From: Leptospiraceae bacterium | GTDB lineage: Bacteria > Spirochaetota > Leptospiria > Leptospirales > Leptonemataceae | Length of the DNA stretch: 64,000 nucleotides | Assembly (NCBI GenBank): GCA_040217195.1 | Contig: JAVJNR010000009.1 | Span: 170,431-234,430 of the forward strand | Direction: 5' to 3' | Shown: positions 60,192-64,000 of the stretch, one piece after another | How the letters are laid out: every line of letters begins with the position of its first letter | Numbering within the stretch: the stretch's first letter is position 1 | Translations under genes and position numbers: made by a program | Notes under the pieces: generated by a model | Database searches by the model: none | What the model was told of the DNA's origin: nothing | The model's input: only the letters and a program-made list of their open reading frames with translations

Positions 60192-61136
60192 TTAGCCGGC
60201 TATATTCTTGATGTCCCTTACAACATGCAATCTCTGTTCGCTCAGTTGGATGATTGCCTGGGTAGCCGGAGGGAAAGGAAACCGCCTTTCTTCATGGGCA
60301 TCTACAGTGAACTCTCCATCCATTTCTGAAATTACCTTCAATTGCTCGGTTTCCAGACTTCTGTAGCGGTAGCGATACTTCCGACCAGCTTTGAATCCAG
60401 GCTCCCGAGCCACGATGCGAAATACAGATTCTTCTCTACCAAAAGTGGCATGGGAGGAGCGCTGAATGGATGGAGGTAAACAGTTTCTAAACCAGCCGGT
60501 GGAGCCTGCTCCGGTGGCAATTAGTAAGCCAGAGCTTTTTTGTTCCTCTGGCGGTTCACCATCCAGAGATAGAACGTATCGACTCATGGCATCTGGAAAG
60601 GCATTTCTGATACTGATTTCACTTATGCAGGGGCCGGTTCGGATAATTCTACCATCCGGATATTGAAGTTCCGCTTCCACCATCGTCCATGCTTCCTGTC
60701 GGATGATTTCTGTACTTAGCTTTTGACCGGAATCCTTCAGTCGGTTCAGCTTCTTCAAGAATGAATCTGTATCAAAATAGAGTAATGAACCGGTGGACGT
60801 GGCCGGGTCCGAGTTGATAGCCAGGATGGGCTCATTACCTGCAAATCGAGCACAGTACACAAAATGGTTATCTCCACCCAGGCTAACCAGGATTTGATCT
60901 GGCCTGGGTTCAAAGGCTACCAGGTCCTCTCGAAAAATGTACTCAGCCTCTGGCAGACATTGTTTCAGCTTTTCCAGATTCTGTATCTGTCTTTCATGGG
61001 AAGAATAGACTTTTTCGAATGCATGATTCTGCAGGTCGTAGATTCTTTTTAGAAAGTCCTGATCCCCGTAGCGTTCCAGATCTCTCTGCCACTTGGTTCT
61101 TTTAACACAGATCACAAACATTGGCAGAGCTTCCAC
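60192..61136 (-). CDS. NAD(+) kinase family protein
   Basis: SLGGDNHF, INSDP, QKSSGLLIATGAGSTGW. Confidence 0.8.
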   Translation of the reverse strand: MEALPMFVICVKRTKWQRDLERYGDQDFLKRIYDLQNHAFEKVYSSHERQIQNLEKLKQCLPEAEYIFREDLVAFEPRPDQILVSLGGDNHFVYCARFAGNEPILAINSDPATSTGSLLYFDTDSFLKKLNRLKDSGQKLSTEIIRQEAWTMVEAELQYPDGRIIRTGPCISEISIRNAFPDAMSRYVLSLDGEPPEEQKSSGLLIATGAGSTGWFRNCLPPSIQRSSHATFGREESVFRIVAREPGFKAGRKYRYRYRSLETEQLKVISEMDGEFTVDAHEERRFPFPPATQAIIQLSEQRLHVVRDIKNIAG

Positions 61137-61139
61137 TTA

Positions 61140-61919
61140 CTAATTCGGCCTGGGTTTACGTCCGGAATACAGGATACTGGCTCCAAACATATATCTTTCA
61201 AACTGAACATTCTCGAAACCTGCATCGCTAATCCAGTCTGTAAATTCAATGGCTCCTGGAAAGGCTCTGGCCGAGGTAGGAAGATATTCATACATTTCAT
61301 GCTTCTTACCCTGAGCGATTCGACCCAGCACAGGAATGATTTTTTCCATGTAGAAGCGGGCCACTGGTTCTATCCAGGCTGGCGAGAAATCACCAACTTC
61401 CAGAATCACAAGCATCCCCCCTGGCCGGAGAGCTCTGTAGGCTTCCTGCAGCCCGGCCCGGGGATCCGATAGATTGCGAATCCCATAACCAATACTCACT
61501 ATGTCGAATACCCCGGAATAGTTGGCCGGAAGATTCATCGCATCGCCCTGCACAATGTTCAGGTTATTCATGCTGGCTGGCCGCTTTGCATTGAGTACTC
61601 CCAGCATTCGGGCACTAAAATCCAGCGCCAGAATCCGTCGATCGGGCTCATTTCGAGCAAATCCCAGGGCAATGTCGCCGGAGCCAGAACAAAGATCCAG
61701 AACCTGAACCCGGGAAGCCATGGTTCCTGTATCTATTCCTGCCAGAGCCTTCTGGATGGTCCGCTTTTTCCAGAGCCGGTGCATCCCACCGGTGAATAGA
61801 TCATTGAAGCGGTCGTAGGAGGCAGCAATTTCATCGAAGTTCTTCTGCAGGTAGGATGCCTTTTCCTCTTGATCGGGTAGAGTGTACCCAGTACTGTTTT
61901 TCATTGTTGCCTTCTGCAT
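61140..61919 (-). CDS. ubiE: UbiE/MenG-type quinone biosynthesis methyltransferase (start 61919 or 61904)
   Basis: FDEIAASYDRFND, HRLWK, VLDLCSGSGD, GYGIRN, LRPGG, YEYLPTS. Confidence 0.88.
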   Translation of the reverse strand: MQKATMKNSTGYTLPDQEEKASYLQKNFDEIAASYDRFNDLFTGGMHRLWKKRTIQKALAGIDTGTMASRVQVLDLCSGSGDIALGFARNEPDRRILALDFSARMLGVLNAKRPASMNNLNIVQGDAMNLPANYSGVFDIVSIGYGIRNLSDPRAGLQEAYRALRPGGMLVILEVGDFSPAWIEPVARFYMEKIIPVLGRIAQGKKHEMYEYLPTSARAFPGAIEFTDWISDAGFENVQFERYMFGASILYSGRKPRPN

Positions 61920-61971
61920 TGGAGCCTCTGAAGTAGGATCGGGGAGCCCACTGCCGGGTAAAGTGTTTTCC

Positions 61972-63894
61972 ATGTCGAACCCAACCGAGACAAATCCATC
62001 CAGACCGGATGTAGCCGATTTACAGGAGTGCACTGAGTTTGTTCAGGCTCTTGAGGCTCGCGGTGATTTTAAATACAAAGGAATCTTTGCTCTATTCAAT
62101 ACCATCCTGGACTGGACCAATCGGTTTGATGTTAACCGAATTCTGCCTGGAATGGATCAGCTTCGAAAAGAAGTAACCCTTCCAGATGAGAAATTTCAGG
62201 ATTTTCTGAAAGAGCTTCTGGGGAAGGGCAGTTCCAAACTGGTATGCGTGTATAATTTTCCGGCTCTGGACTTTGTTTCTGGAAGCCGGCCAGGCCTATC
62301 GCAGCTAGTGGTGTTTTGCAGACCCAATAAAAAGGACCAGAACTCGGCCAAGCGATATGTGGACTTTTACCAGGAAAAGACGATTCAGGCCGTGGGGCGC
62401 TGGATCGATTCCAGGGATGCCTCCTGGGATGATGAAAGATTTCAGTTCGTAGAGACCAGGGCTGACCAGGGACATCTAAACGATACTCATGTAGGTTCGG
62501 AAATTGCCAGATATCTGGTAGTCCCATTCGATAAAACGGCAGATGAGAAAAAGGTTACATACAACCGTTTTGCCCGTCCCGTGATTCAGGCTCTCATAGA
62601 TCAGCGGAAGCTGGTTTATCTGGAGGATGCCAAAGCAGGATACCGCGCCGTACTGATTCCCGAGCGAAAACATCTATCACTCAGGCTGGATATGCTGTAT
62701 CGGTATGCCAAGACCCGGATCGTAAAGGAAATGTCCACCGAGGGGTTCAGCCCATCCTCCTGCAGAAAACTGGTTCAGCAGGCCACCGGTCAAACCATGC
62801 CCCGGGGCCATGCCCAGGTTATTGCAGAAATGCGACTGATTCTTCCTCTGCTCGAGCAGAAAGAGAAAGAGGAAAAGGAAAAAGAGAAAAAGGAAAAGGT
62901 CAGCAAGAGCATAACCGATCTGCAAAAGGTTCAAAAGGTAGTGCCTGCCAGCCATTTTAACTGGGATGAGGAGCATCTACAAACTCTACAGTCCAATGCT
63001 TCCGTATTGCATGCAAATATTCCCAGAGGTTCCCGTCTGGTTCCCTACGTTCTGCATAAAGAAAACCTGGAACCGGCCATCAAGGCCGCCAGAGAGTTGC
63101 TGGATCAAAAAGGGGAAGACCTGGAAGTGCATATACTTTCGGAAATGGGTGCTGAGCGATTTCTTGATGGAGAACGGCTCAAATCGTTTGAAGGTCTGGA
63201 ACAGAGATCGCTTTTCAAGATGCTGCCCTGGTTTCGTAGAATGTGGCGATCGCTCTTTGGTGGTAGAAAACTGAAGCCAAATGAGATGGCTCAGCTAAAG
63301 AATCAGCTACGTAAAGAATTCGAGCAGGAAAAACTGAGAATTCAGAAATCGGAAGCCAGAAGAAAGCAAAAGGAACTGGTGGAAGAGCGGCTAAAAGGCG
63401 AAGAGGAACAGCAAGAAAAGAAAAATCAATCCCAGCGTACCGTGGAGACTGCCTCTGCCGATAATCCCCAGGGATTGATGGAACAGGATATCGAAAAATC
63501 CAAAGAGCGGATGGAGCTGGAAGAACAGGTTAAGCAGAATATTGATCGAATCGGTAAAATTCTGGATGAAGCCTGGGATCGAAAGGAATTGCCCAACCGT
63601 ACCCACGTTCTGCAGCAACTAAAGGACTTTGATGAAGACAGCCTGGTAATGTTTCTGAAGAAACATGGGCGAAAGGAAATCTACTCTTTTAGAATTCGAA
63701 ACGATGATCCCAAATATGTATGGCCCATTTTGATCTCCAAGAAATATATTCAGAGACATGGTAGAAAGCTGTACAAAGAAGCCATGGATGAGGCCGATAA
63801 GCAGCGCCAGGCATCCATGCCAAATCAGGAAAAATTTGATGTTGCTACAGCGAAAGAAGACTTTTTTGGACGTATCTTTGCTCGATCCAGGTAA
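61972..63894 (+). CDS. Hypothetical protein with K/E-rich coiled-coils
   Basis: Long ORF ending 3 bp before pyk; ATG 61972 avoids overlap with ubiE. Confidence 0.8.
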   Translation: MSNPTETNPSRPDVADLQECTEFVQALEARGDFKYKGIFALFNTILDWTNRFDVNRILPGMDQLRKEVTLPDEKFQDFLKELLGKGSSKLVCVYNFPALDFVSGSRPGLSQLVVFCRPNKKDQNSAKRYVDFYQEKTIQAVGRWIDSRDASWDDERFQFVETRADQGHLNDTHVGSEIARYLVVPFDKTADEKKVTYNRFARPVIQALIDQRKLVYLEDAKAGYRAVLIPERKHLSLRLDMLYRYAKTRIVKEMSTEGFSPSSCRKLVQQATGQTMPRGHAQVIAEMRLILPLLEQKEKEEKEKEKKEKVSKSITDLQKVQKVVPASHFNWDEEHLQTLQSNASVLHANIPRGSRLVPYVLHKENLEPAIKAARELLDQKGEDLEVHILSEMGAERFLDGERLKSFEGLEQRSLFKMLPWFRRMWRSLFGGRKLKPNEMAQLKNQLRKEFEQEKLRIQKSEARRKQKELVEERLKGEEEQQEKKNQSQRTVETASADNPQGLMEQDIEKSKERMELEEQVKQNIDRIGKILDEAWDRKELPNRTHVLQQLKDFDEDSLVMFLKKHGRKEIYSFRIRNDDPKYVWPILISKKYIQRHGRKLYKEAMDEADKQRQASMPNQEKFDVATAKEDFFGRIFARSR

Positions 63895-63897
63895 TCA

Positions 63898-64000
63898 ATG
63901 TCTTCCCGAAGGGATTTTCGTCTAACAAAAATAATCTGCACCATTGGACCGGCCACTGCCAAGTCAGAAACCATTGCCCGACTTGCCAGAGCCGGGATGA
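63898..64000 (+). CDS. pyk: Pyruvate kinase, N-terminal part (truncated by the window end)
   Basis: Manual translation MSSRRDFRLTKIICTIGPATAKSETIARLARAGM matches the TKI(I/V)CTIGP...AGM signature. Confidence 0.9.
   Translation, partial: MSSRRDFRLTKIICTIGPATAKSETIARLARAGM

Overview
Bacterial DNA that looks like Leptospiraceae (spirochaete). This is inferred from gene content and order and from spirochaete-type lipoprotein signals. The window appears to span the replication/partition locus of a secondary chromosome (chromid). The core is parA-parB-rep(HTH)-discoidin/fibre gene on the minus strand (27.5-32.7 kb), next to a methionine-cycle block (metF, sahR-ahcY-metH). The most interesting signal is non-coding. 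The 212-bp parB-rep spacer holds two convergent sigma70-type promoters. It also holds a predicted ~58-nt two-hairpin counter-transcribed RNA ending in an intrinsic terminator, and an attenuator-like hairpin plus U-tract just ahead of the rep RBS. This resembles the antisense copy-number control of repABC plasmids. Three GTCGGA-N2-TCCGAC palindromes (candidate parS) lie upstream of parA, and a 10-bp motif is shared by the three promoter regions. Other content: a sigma54-preceded double circularly permuted ATP-grasp/alpha-E/transglutaminase operon; a ~2.2-kb gene desert with a local C-to-G skew flip and oriented repeats; a TGS-less thrS; a rubrerythrin/Fe-S oxidoreductase/DUF3501 operon with a Per-like box; an active/degenerate Deg protease pair; mqnD and a ubiE/menG-type methyltransferase; and partial queA and pyk at the window ends. 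No rRNA, tRNA, CRISPR array or transposase was seen. All calls come from reading the sequence by eye; no searches were run.
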